Program-made: the position numbers and the translations under genes
Part shown: in pieces, positions 53,001-64,000 of the stretch
Layout of the letters: each line of letters opens with the position of its first letter
Numbering within the stretch: position 1 is the stretch's first letter
Source of the DNA: Balanoglossus misakiensis
Lineage: Eukaryota > Animalia > Hemichordata
DNA: 64,000 bases
Direction: 5' to 3'
Assembly: GCA_040954595.2 (NCBI GenBank)
Contig: CM082584.2
Coordinates: 12,871,166-12,935,165, forward strand
The notes under the pieces: model-generated
Database searches by the model: none
Seen by the model: only the letters and a program-made list of their open reading frames with translations
What the model was told of the DNA's origin: nothing

Positions 53001-56000
53001 CACTTAAACTTTTACTGTATAATTTGGTGAAACAGTAGAGACTTTTATCACCCAGCTGAGGCTCTGAGGTTTAAATTTGTTGGGAAAGACACCAGAGTAC
53101 TTTGTAACTAAGAAATGATGGCAGATACTAGTCACAATATAAAATAGTTTAGACCCGGTTTCATCCAATTTTGTTCTTGGATTTACTGAATTTCAGGAAC
53201 AAAATTGGAAATTGACTGTTTTGTGAGTTTCACTTTACAAAATGAGATTTCAGCAAAATCACATTTCTTTGGGTAAAAATAGCTTTTTATCTGAAATGTA
53301 GTGCACACTAGATGTTCAGATATACTAATACGAGAGATAAAGCTGAATTTATTTCTCTTCCTATATCAAACAAAAAACAGTCTATCTCCTGGCAGTCCCA
53401 TAGGTATTCATTATTCTCAATGATGAGTAGGTCCACATGTCAACCTTCTAAAATAATCATGCATCAACCAATTGGGGAAACCCATGCAGGACAAATTGTA
53501 TGTATCATAATTATGCAACATGAAGAAGAAAATGAAAAGTGAGTTAAACTCCAAGTTCACCACACATTACAACACTTATCAACCCATTTATCATGCTACA
53601 AAAAAGTATATCAAATTTCACTTACTGTGTACACTGATATAAACTTCTCTTTTAGAATGTCAAAACTTTTTGAAACACTTTCACCTTCCAGGACACCCAT
53701 TCCTGGAAAGAAACAAAACACAGTATATGAATCTTGTCAAATATAACTAACAATATATTTTATTTGTACGTATGGTTAAAAATAATTATCTGCAATGTTG
53801 GAGAGTCACCAGTAGAGAGTGCGTGATGCTGAGATTCCCTTTGTTGAAACAAGGTACAGTTTTCTGCATTAATGTACGTACCATCCTCGCTGTTTGTGGT
53901 CATTATGGTGTATTGACTGACAAACCCACTAAATAATGATTCCGTCTGCTAAATCACTAGCTGGGGAAGGGATTTAACCCAGGGGGATCTAGGAATGTTT
54001 GTCATTCACAGTGAGTGTAATATCGATCCAGCCATGGTGGCTGAGCTTGCAGGAAACTGAAGCGACGGTGACATTCTGAAGCTGTTCAGCCAGACTGAGT
54101 GTGTATAGCAGTCAACAATTAGTGCAAAAAAAGGACTGAGATGGTTGTAGATCTCTGAGCTGTTGAGTGAATGATCGACTTTAGTCAATGATTGGCATGA
54201 TCAAAGAAGATAGCACCGAGGCACGTTTTTTCACTAACAGATCGTAGGATGCTCATTTTAACTAAAGAGAAATGAACATTCTGCCTGCAGGCAAACTAAT
54301 ACCAACGCTGCTTGAGGGGGTGAAGATATTGTCTTATTCACAGACGACGTTTAATCTGTACCGTATCAGATCTAATACAGTCTGAACTTTTAATATCTGA
54401 CTGACGAGTTGGACAACCAATATTCCTGATTGCATGTAGACTTCTAATGCTTGACTCCAAGAGCAAGAAATTTGCATTTGGTTCCAACAACTCAAGCCAA
54501 AACACATTTTGGCAGATTTATTCTACGGTAAACATATTTATTCATTTAGAGATTTCTGATAAGCTACATATTTCTAATGAAAACTTAAATTTAAACAGTC
54601 AGATATTGCAATGTAACGATTGGCAATTTGCACAGGTGACTTTAAACTGTTTTCTGTACATTGCAACATCAAAATTTAGCAAATCAATCAATGCAAAGTA
54701 CATTCCTTAGAAGAACTGTATATTTGGGGGGAAAAATCTAAATTTTGAGTAATGCACGAATAAGAGATCTTACCCATAAAAAATGTGGTGGCAAAAAATG
54801 GTGATGCAACAATTTGATCCAGAAGAATTTTTCGTACAATGATCCCTGTTGTCCTGGCCGGCAAAATGTGATCAAGAAATTTGTACCAAGCATGGTTGAA
54901 TGGACCAATAACCAGACCGATCAAAAACATTCGACCTAAAATAAGTAGAAAGAAAGAACGTGAAAATAACAAAAAACGATAAAAAGCAGAAAATCTACTA
55001 AGACAGTATGATATGAGTCTGTTCCTGCCATCTTAAAAACAATACAACAATTATTAATGCCCCATATGTTTGTATGTGCAGAACTTTCAAATTTCAAAAA
55101 TACTTTATAATGTAACTTTTTTCTACTTGAACAATTCATTGATTTTCTAAGTAAAAGTAGCTTTGTGACACACAGGAATATAAGAAGTTCATAACAGGTG
55201 AGAGGAGGAATTGATCATAATTATTTTAATAATTTCTTGCCTATGTTTTAATAAAACTCTGCTTAAAACATATCTTAGACAATGGAGGTCAAAGGTCACT
55301 ACAGAAGATCTTAAGATCTCTGCGCGTATGTTGCATCGCGTTCGCGTAAATAAATCTCAAGTCTTCAATTTTGATTTATAAACCATACAAGCGGTATGTA
55401 CAAAAAATATGGGTAAAATGTAAAAATATCCATCCTCTCATATAATTATACTTACTGCGCGATATATTGCGTAACAACTATTATTATGCAAAACAATGCT
55501 GTCTGCTGTCGTGCATAAATTATGTTACGCAATGGAGTGCGTCTTTTTGTAAACAAATCGAATATTTTTTTCTGTCTAGTTGTCTATGGATAGATTTTTG
55601 CGATATATTTTACATATGGGGTTTTAGTTATTGTCTATATTGTATAAAACAAGAAGATTTCCCCCACTGATAATCGCGATTGTGATGAACGCGAAAAAAT
55701 ATTTTCCCGTATCGCGACTGTTGTATGTTGCACAACACGCCCACCTATCCCGATTGCGATCGCGATCGCGCAATGCAAACTACATCCACGCCACGATTGC
55801 TTACCAGTTCGGCCCCAGTCTTGATGTAGCGCCACTGTTGTCTGTCCACCGTTCGGAACACTCTGGATTTGGCCCGGCGATAACGCTGGCGTCCCCGGCG
55901 ACTCCATTTTCATGTGTCGTCTGATGCAACTTCTCTCCCGACTCTGCTGAATCAAATCGCCGATCGCCAACAAACTACCACAGGTCACGGTGTTGGTGAC

Positions 56001-56054
56001 AAACAAATGCTTAGAAAAAAGTTTCTCAAAAGAAGTCCGTAATACAGACAACAT
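44058..56054 (-). CDS. MPV17L2: Mpv17-like protein 2, 4 coding exons, 207 aa
   Basis: Exons 56054-55805, 54935-54774, 53702-53626, 44192-44058, phase-consistent; [86 protein letters not shown]. Confidence 0.95.
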
Positions 56055-56298
56055 GGCAGTATAGCTGTCGTTACCTGGTGATCATGGAACACTCTGTGGG
56101 TGCAGAGTACATGAATGAATGAAAACACACCATCCAAAGTTTACGCATCTACCACTGAATTAGCATATAACGGGATTGTTGATGAAATGCGCATGAGCAT
56201 TACGTTCGAGTACCTTTCAGTACCTTTAAGTTGGCGTGTTTTATGAGACCCACCTAAGTTGTTCCACATTTGTGACAACCTGTTTCGAGGAGGGAGGG

Positions 56299-56319
56299 GT
56301 TGCTAGGTTACCTAGACAC
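56299..56319. promoter_or_regulatory. Overlapping RFX X-box-like motifs in the divergent region between MPV17L2 and the CCDC190-like gene
   Basis: GTTGCTAGGTTAC overlapping GTTACCTAGACAC; motif match only. Confidence 0.4.
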
Positions 56320-57672
56320 CAAACGATGTAGAACAATTCCAGGAGTTGGGTTTGAATTTGGGAGTTCATGGTCATTTTTTATAAGGACATATCCCCATCA
56401 CTACCACATTTTGACCAGACTTCGACACTAGATCACATTCGTTTGCTTTTTAATCAAATACAAACGAATGTCATTCACCAATAGTGAAAACAAACGTCAA
56501 TGGTCATTTAGAGTAAGATGGCGCCATAACATAACACATCGGTGTCCATAGTCAGTCTTGTGTCACATTATTGCTCTGGTAGATAAGTGGGAATGTTTCT
56601 CGGAGAGGTTGCACATAGAAGCAAACGTCTGTGGTGTAAAGTGTGTACATGTATGCGTTATATTTTAATCAAGACAGTTATCTTTTAACACTTTCCATGC
56701 CATATTATTACCAGTTCACCCAACTTATTGTCCAGTCATCCTCAACCTTGCACTGCAGTGACAAGATAACCCCAAAAAATCAATAAAGAGCCAATTATGG
56801 ATGTTACAGAAAAAGAGAAGACATGAATAAATAATCAAGATTGATATTATCGACCCGAAACTTTGGGTTTGGTGACTGTATACCAAAATAGGCGCAACGT
56901 CAAGTGAGAAGGGGTACGCGATAGAAGGAACAGGTTTTAGTCCGCGGAGATTCAGGGTAAAGTGACAATTTTCCAACAAGGTAAGCGACATGGTTGACTT
57001 CGATAATTCGTCAATATGCACCTAGGTTTATTGGGGTTTCGTTGTGTTATGTTGTGTTGTGCTAAATGTTGTTTTGAGATTATAGGCTAAGGCATGCCAT
57101 AGCATAGACCCTGGGTCTACAGTCATTTAGGTACACACGTTGATGCAGACGAAGAGAAACTTTGCCCAGCGCATAGACATGTCATGTAATCTGGAGCTGA
57201 GATACATGTACCACTGCCAACCTGGTCTCAAAAAGAGAACATGTTAGCTGAAAATACCGAAAAACTTTGTTGGTATACCCTCAATGCATGTACGACTCCA
57301 TGCAGGGGGTTGCGCATAATACATCCTTAAATTTTACATGAGTTTGTTAAAACATGTATCTGTTGGTTCGTTTTCATGAATTCACATTCAATAATGAGAT
57401 GTTCTTGAATAATTCAATGCATTGGTACAATACCATTTGGTGATGAAACTCCGGATCCAGACAGCAGTGCTCGACACTTAGCTGTGTACCAAATAATCAA
57501 AAAGATTTGAAGACATTTTCCCAGATCGAGCTCTCCAGAAACCTGCCTGTAATTTTTCGAACTTTTCAAAATAACCCACAATGCAAGAACACTGATCCTG
57601 AAGCAGAGGTGCGGGACTGTATTAGGATTTCCATGTAACAAGTATATACCTTATTAACTTTTCAGTTTGAAG

Positions 57673-58480
57673 ATGAATGAATTAGGTGATGACGATGACG
57701 CCAAAGGTCCGAAAGGAGGAAAGATCAGAGCCACCAGATCGGTCTCAAAGGCAAAGACCTTAAATGATAGCGAACAGCGCCGCCTGACGGGGACACTAGA
57801 CAAACTCAAACGAGATTTCAGGTATCATACACATAACCTTGACAGAGAAAAGAATCTCCTCAGACTCGAACTCCTCGAATTGAATCCAGAGTTCAAACTG
57901 AAAGACCCGGCCAACAACATCATAGTGCCACGCGGACTCTCACGAGAACAGGCCGAGAAATTAAAGGAAGGGAGACGCAAGAGCATGCCGGTGGTCACTA
58001 AGAGTCTTTCCCTGGCAGAGTTTGACGAAATGCGGGCAAAACAGCGACAGGCAGCCAAAGAGGCGAGGGAAGCGGTACTTGCAGCTAAGCAGAGCAGCGG
58101 TCAAGGGGACGGAGCGGATGGGGAGGGCGGTGGTCCCCCAGATGGGTGGGGCAACCAGCAGCAGTACGCCAGTCTTAAAAGGAGAAGGTCGACAATATTT
58201 CAACAGAGACAGGCGACTGGTTTTCAAAACATGAAAGCAAAGATTAGCAGTTTTGACGAAGCTAAATCAGGTGAGAATTCAACTCCTCTAATAACAGAAT
58301 GGCCCAGACAACCCTTTTTGCATGTTACCCGGTGTGAACTTATCCTCAAGTAGTTCCAATCGTGTTTTTTTCATTTATTGTTCATCTGTTCACAATTATA
58401 CTTTCTTCATTACAGGAGTTGCTCAGCGACGTGCGTCTAAGAGCAACGCGGGGCCTCCTCCTAAGTTGGGTGGAATGTAA
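57673..58480 (+). CDS. Uncharacterised 220-aa protein with a CCDC190-like coiled-coil motif; two coding exons (57673-58270, 58416-58480)
   Basis: Long ORF with acceptor at 57665, donor TCAG|gtgag and phase-1 last exon GVAQRRASKSNAGPPPKLGGM*. RLTGTLDKLKRDFRYHTHNLDREKNLLRLEL resembles, from memory, the CCDC190 N-terminal motif. Confidence 0.7.
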
Positions 58481-59371
58481 CGCGCCGACGCATCCATGTC
58501 AAGAACCATATTGGAAATGCGTTGATATTTCTCTACATCTTTTCAGGGGGACCGAGTTAGAAAGAGGGGGAAGACAGAAGAGACAAAGAGAGAACTTTCT
58601 GATATGAGGGAAAAGAAAACGGATATTATTGAAATATCATACATAAGCTTATGTAATTTCACAATTAGTCGTGGGCAGATTGTTTCATAAAAAGAGACTG
58701 AACTTGTGATGATTCATTGCTTCTGAGAATATATGCCCGCGTGTTTTGAAAACAAAATTCTAATAAATAATGAATTTTCATGTGGTCGATCGTGTCCATC
58801 ATCCTGGACATTGGCAGCTACGGACCATACGTCAATCACCATATTAATTATAGCCTGTGTATATTCTGCCAGTAATAACTTGGACAAGATCATGTATTGA
58901 AGCTTTCTATTCCTGACAATAAAGTATATAGTTATGGTTTGCTATGCTGTTCTGTCTAGACTGAAATTATGTCTACCCCAAAAACTTTAGCTTGTATGGT
59001 TACATTCATATGCCAATGTATGTCCACACGGAGTTCCACGAAGTCAAGTCGACTAGGTTTTCTCACTTCGACCGTGACTTACGTAATCATCTGCGAATTG
59101 GCGAAATTGGTGAATTTCAAATGCCAGTGTTAATTGTCTACAGCCAACAGATGCTGCTCAGATACCCGTATATTTTTGAGTTGCTTTATTGTTTTGAAGC
59201 CGTTGGTCGTTGTCTGTTGCGTCAATCACCAAAGTAGGGACGGTTTTGGTAATTTAATTACCAGTACATTTTCTCTGTGAATTTTAAAAAAGTCCATCCG
59301 TTACAAACACAACCATACGATCATGACGCAGTGCATTGAACATTAGGCGAAAGGTACTCAGAGTCGACGCT

Positions 59372-61806
59372 ATGGCGAGATATACTTTTGTTTCGACATG
59401 TCTGCTTCTAAGTTTTGTTCACATCAATCCAAACGGTGCCGGTAAGTTGTTGTTCTTTTTATTTTATATATTCCGGTGCCTATGTTTCGAAGTTCTGAAT
59501 TCGTGCATGCCTTTGTGCTGTCTACTGCACGACGTGCTTTTCTTTCTGTTTCAACAGATAATGTAACAGGGGTCACGAATATCCAGAGTGTATTAATAAG
59601 AGATCTATTGCGAAACTATGATCCTTTGGTGCGTCCGGTCGTTGATCCAGCAACTGTAGTGGAGGTGAAACACGGAATGTCCATCAATCAAATTATTCAA
59701 ATGGTGAGTGTTTAAATGCAAAGAACTTCTTTTCTCTTAACTTTCTCATGACCATTTCGCCACCATATCATGAAATTCATACATAATTTAAAAATCGCTC
59801 AAAACTATTTATATTGTGTGTTTTTCAGGACGAGATAAATCAACAGGTGTCAGTGGCGGTTCACTTACGTCAGGTAAACCATTTTTTTCTCCTTCAAACG
59901 TTACATACATCTCTCTTCCGATCGCCCCCATCATTTGCAATTGTACCAACAGTGCAGTTAGTTAAATTATTTGTGAACAAGAAAAACGGGGTATATCACT
60001 ATGAATAGAGAAGATGGGGGCAACGTAAACAATGTCACCTTCATCTAACGATAGGGGTTAAACAAGACCTGGTCAGGAGCTCATACCCGCTCAGTTATTC
60101 TCACTCGGGGCATGTGTTTGTATTGTCAATGCTCGCACTAACACGTGCCTTCTTTTGTGTTGCGTATTCATGATCAACAGGGTTGGAATGACGAGTACCT
60201 CAGGTGGGATCCGGCCAACTACGCAGGTGTCACGGACGTGAGAATACCACGTGATCTGATTTGGATACCGGATATATATCTCTACAACAGGTAAAGAGAA
60301 GCACGAGTTTCACTGGCGAGACTCTCGGAAATGCATACAGTGTGAATGCATTTCCGAGAAGCTGAAAGATTACATGGTTATTCTATGGATTCCTTTCCAT
60401 TCTGTTGATGCTTGGCTTCGTATTTCTGGCTGAAACAGTAAGTAATAATATCTTGTACTTGATTTGTTTTCAGCGTGGACAAGGATTTCGGCACCAGCAC
60501 GGCCGGGAGTAACGTCATTGTTAAATACGACGGCACCGTGAAGTTATACGGCCAGGCTCTCTTCACCAGCAGCTGTAGTTTCGACATTCTGTACATCCCG
60601 TTCGACGTGCAGAATTGCAACATGGTTTTCGCCTCCTGGACTCACAACGAATCCCTGTTGTTTCTCACGAACGGTTCGACCGGCGCCTGGCTAGACAACT
60701 ACTACCAGAACAACGAATGGGAACTGGTAGATGCCCCGGTCGAGACCGCCACGCGTACTTTGAGATGCTGCGATTTCAGCGTCGCTGAATTGAAATACAC
60801 CCTGATTCTACGTCGCCAGCCATTCTTTCACTTCATATTCGTCATCATACCGTTCGTTTTGATGTCCTGTGTCAGTCTTTTGGTGTTCCAGTTGCCGGCA
60901 GAGTCTGGTGAGAAGTTAGCTCTCTGCATCACAAACTTGCTTGCGCTCATCATATTCTACGATAGCATTGGCGCCGCACTGCCCGCTACTTCGGATAACA
61001 AATTTCCCTTGATTGGTAAGTTTGATTTTGTCTCATCTTTATCTTGTCTATCAAAAAGAAACGACCACTATAGTGCAAACACTGCAAAAAGTGAAACAAA
61101 CTATTCCGACATTTTCATCAGAGGGGAAAAGTCAGGAAATAAAGGGAAGAGTGTTACAGGTTGCTTTTATTGTTTTCTGTTTGCGCACCTAGAGATACTG
61201 TGGCTTTCCTGTTTCATATTTGGGTCGCTTTTGTTTTCTACAGGTATGTATTTTTTCAGCCAGACAAGCGTGGCGGTTTTGTCATGCGTAGCGACTGTGA
61301 TTGTCCTGAAGATGCACCACATGCGAGTTGACGACAGGCCTGTTCCCCGCTGGCTTCACAAAGTTGTCTTCGGTCGTTTCGGACTGAACTGTCTGGTTTG
61401 GCATCTTCGCGTGCCACGGACTGAACGCAAACGTACAACAAGGGCCACTAACGGGGCATTTACGGTGGATTCACGACGAGCGAGCAGAAACTTTCACGTC
61501 TTTGAAAACGGCGCCCCCAGCGTCCCGGATACCGAGTCTACGCAAGATGGCTGTCCGGATGACGAGGGAGAGTTCGCAGTGGTTGCCATGCAACGCGATC
61601 TGGCTGAAATTCTGTGGAACGTACGTCGGTTGAATGAAATGGATTCAATAACACACACAGTAAAGGAAGTAGAAGAAGAATCTGTTAGGGCAACTTGGAA
61701 GAACGTAGCAGAAGCGTTTGATAGGTTCTTTTTCTTGTTATTTGGATTTTATTTTTTGGTGAATACATCGATTGTCTTTTTATCGGTTAAACACTTACTC
61801 TGGTAG
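59372..61806 (+). CDS. Divergent nicotinic acetylcholine receptor alpha-like (Cys-loop) subunit, 6 exons
   Basis: Exons 59372-59441, 59558-59703, 59829-59873, 60181-60290, 60474-61015, 61244-61806; signal peptide, [21 protein letters not shown], Cys-loop [15 protein letters not shown], vicinal CC, M1-M4, ESGEK before M2, [12 protein letters not shown] before M4. Confidence 0.93.
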
Positions 61807-62267
61807 GCCTACGGACAAAGACAATGAAATGACTAATATTGCTGACTCGATCATCTTCATAGTTGTTAAATGATTTCATCTGGATTTTGCTGGATAGTGC
61901 AGACATACTTGACATGTACATACTTTCTTACTTACATACATACATACAACACTCCTAAATTGTGAATATAAAGTTTAATATTTATTTCAAAAGAAATAAA
62001 ACATGTGTAAAATACAATATTTAAAAAAAAAATTAAGAAAGTGACCAGATGAAGCCACTTCAATCAACAATGTCTTACTTCAGGAAAAAAGTTATGGCAT
62101 TGCTTCCATGGTACAATGGTTATAAAAGTCATATTGCACTTGATGTCTATACCACCCATGAGATTTCAATAAAAATGTTTGAATTATCAATTTCTATGCA
62201 TGTACATGATTTACTTTGTCAAGACTGGATGGAATTGTTTTATCTGTACACATCTTTCAGAAAGACC

Positions 62268-64000
62268 TCAAACAGGAGGATAATTTTCTTTATAAATGTT
62301 TCTGTTTCCATAGCAATCTATACTCTGTTGCACCATCATTTTAGCCTCAGTCCGGAGCTTCTGGTAAAATTTCAAGACATCAGAACTTGCTCGCACACAG
62401 CTCTTGTCAAAGTCCACTACTCTGAGACCCTCTAGGTTCCTGGCTCTTGATAGGGCCACATAAGCTTGTCCACATTCAAACACTCTGGAGAGAGACATTT
62501 CAACACAGTCCAGAGACAGACCCTACAAGGAAAGAAAGATGGAATATTACACAGGGAAAATCACACACTTTTGATGTATAAAATGTATATTTATACAGAC
62601 TTCACTACTAGAATTATGGACATTCAAAATCAACATGTACATTTATTGTATGGCATTTATTAACCCACAAGCTTACCTGACTTTTATGAATTGATATTGC
62701 CCAGGCTAGCTGCAGAGGTAACTGTCGCCTCATTAGCAATGCGCCACCTCCCAATTTGATTGGCCACTTCTCAGGACCAATTGTTTCTTCCAGTCCACTT
62801 AGAAATCGTACAATTGGCAGACCTGTATTAACAAACAAAATGTCATTGTATATTCATTACAGTTGAGTCATTTGCATATTGGTGTTTATTTGACCAAATT
62901 TGAATTATTATCCTAGCTATTGGGTGTGGTTACCATAGTTACCTTTCTCTTTGGCAAAGCCAGTGATGACACCTCGAGCACCATTGACCAATCCTCGGCC
63001 GACATCCAGGTTCTTGGTCAGCATCACCTGCAATGGCAGCATTCAAGATGCAAAGTACTCTAATTATTCGACCACTAAATATTGAGTCAACCTGACCATT
63101 TTTAACACTTACCTGAGCTCCTTTCTTGAGAGTAATTGTTTGTTTGACTGTACACTGGTTGTTGATTAACTTCACCAATGCTGGGTCACTGTCAATAGCT
63201 TCAAATGCACGACTATCATCTAGGATGAAACAAACAATTGAAGCAACAGACTGGAATATACATTTGTTACAAGGTGGATTTCACAAATTGTATTCTCAAT
63301 CTTCTAAACAAAAAATTGCGATTCTTACCTTTCAATTTTTGCAGCTGTACAACATTGATCTGTTCCACATCCTCCTTGTGGGTGCACAGTCTTGTTGCAT
63401 GGATACCATTCTTGTCTATTTTGTTTGTTGCCGTGCCAACCAGTGTCTCAGCCATTGCCTCTGGGCATCTTCACAGAAGGTACAGAAAGAATATTTCAGT
63501 TTAACACTTCAGGGAACTTGGTTTGTTGCCATTTTTAAAAGATCATAAAAGCACCCAGAAGCTCTTTATCATTACCTTCCAACTCGAATGTGTTGTAAAA
63601 CATTGATGAATTCAGTGTCTGTCTGTCTCCGCACTTCTCTTAGTTCCATTGTCTTCTGTATACACCTCCACCAGGCAGGAGACTGAAATTACATGAGCAC
63701 AAAAAGGAAAATTATAACTTCAATCACAATCATGAAATTTAATTTGAACTTGCAGCAGGCAGTGAATTCCAGTCAAATTCTACACATGCTCTTGTACACT
63801 GTATGGTACCCAGAGTTGGAGTATCTATTGAAAGTCACAGCAACTGTCTGGGGACAAGTTTTTTTACCTGGAAACAAAACCGTCTTTTCTGTCCAGCCTT
63901 TGTGACCGGCGGAAGCTGCAGAAAGTCTCCACACAGAATCAGTTGAATTCCACCAAATGGTTTATCCTTCTGACGGACAACCCTAGCCACGTGCTGAAAA
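62268..64000 (-). CDS. PIF1: ATP-dependent DNA helicase PIF1, 3' part (5' end beyond the window)
   Basis: [97 protein letters not shown]; stop at 62268-62270. Confidence 0.97.

Noticed and set aside
1-64000. CRISPR arrays, rRNA/tRNA genes, intact transposases or prokaryotic operons
   Set aside because: None seen; the DNA is spliceosomal-intron-containing animal sequence with no repeat-spacer array and no long RT or transposase ORF.

Overview
Intron-rich animal genomic DNA, so most entries in the ORF track are exon fragments or noise. The gene families suggest a marine invertebrate deuterostome such as a hemichordate or echinoderm; this is inference. Manual splicing with GT-AG sites and phase checks gives this order: a 20-exon minus-strand gene running off the left edge; BRIX1 (-) head-to-head with PAIP1 (+); an intronless Tctex1-domain gene (+); a small spliced single-pass membrane protein gene missed by the ORF track (+); ABCD3 (-) head-to-head with an LRAT/PLAAT-family gene (+); MPV17L2 (-) with a 9.4-kb intron; a CCDC190-like gene (+); a divergent nicotinic-type Cys-loop subunit (+); and the 3' part of PIF1 (-). 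The main finding is the left-hand gene (95-16150). All 20 exons join in frame: signal peptide, FN3, 8 EGF, transmembrane helix, cytoplasmic linker, DEG/ENaC N-terminus (HG motif, TM1, FPAVTICN), 5 LDLa, ShKT, LDLa, continuing off-window. This is a type-I receptor apparently fused in front of a DEG/ENaC channel subunit. Extra cysteines in its EGF array predict disulfide staples between neighbouring modules. All models are predictions from genomic sequence, without transcript or database support.
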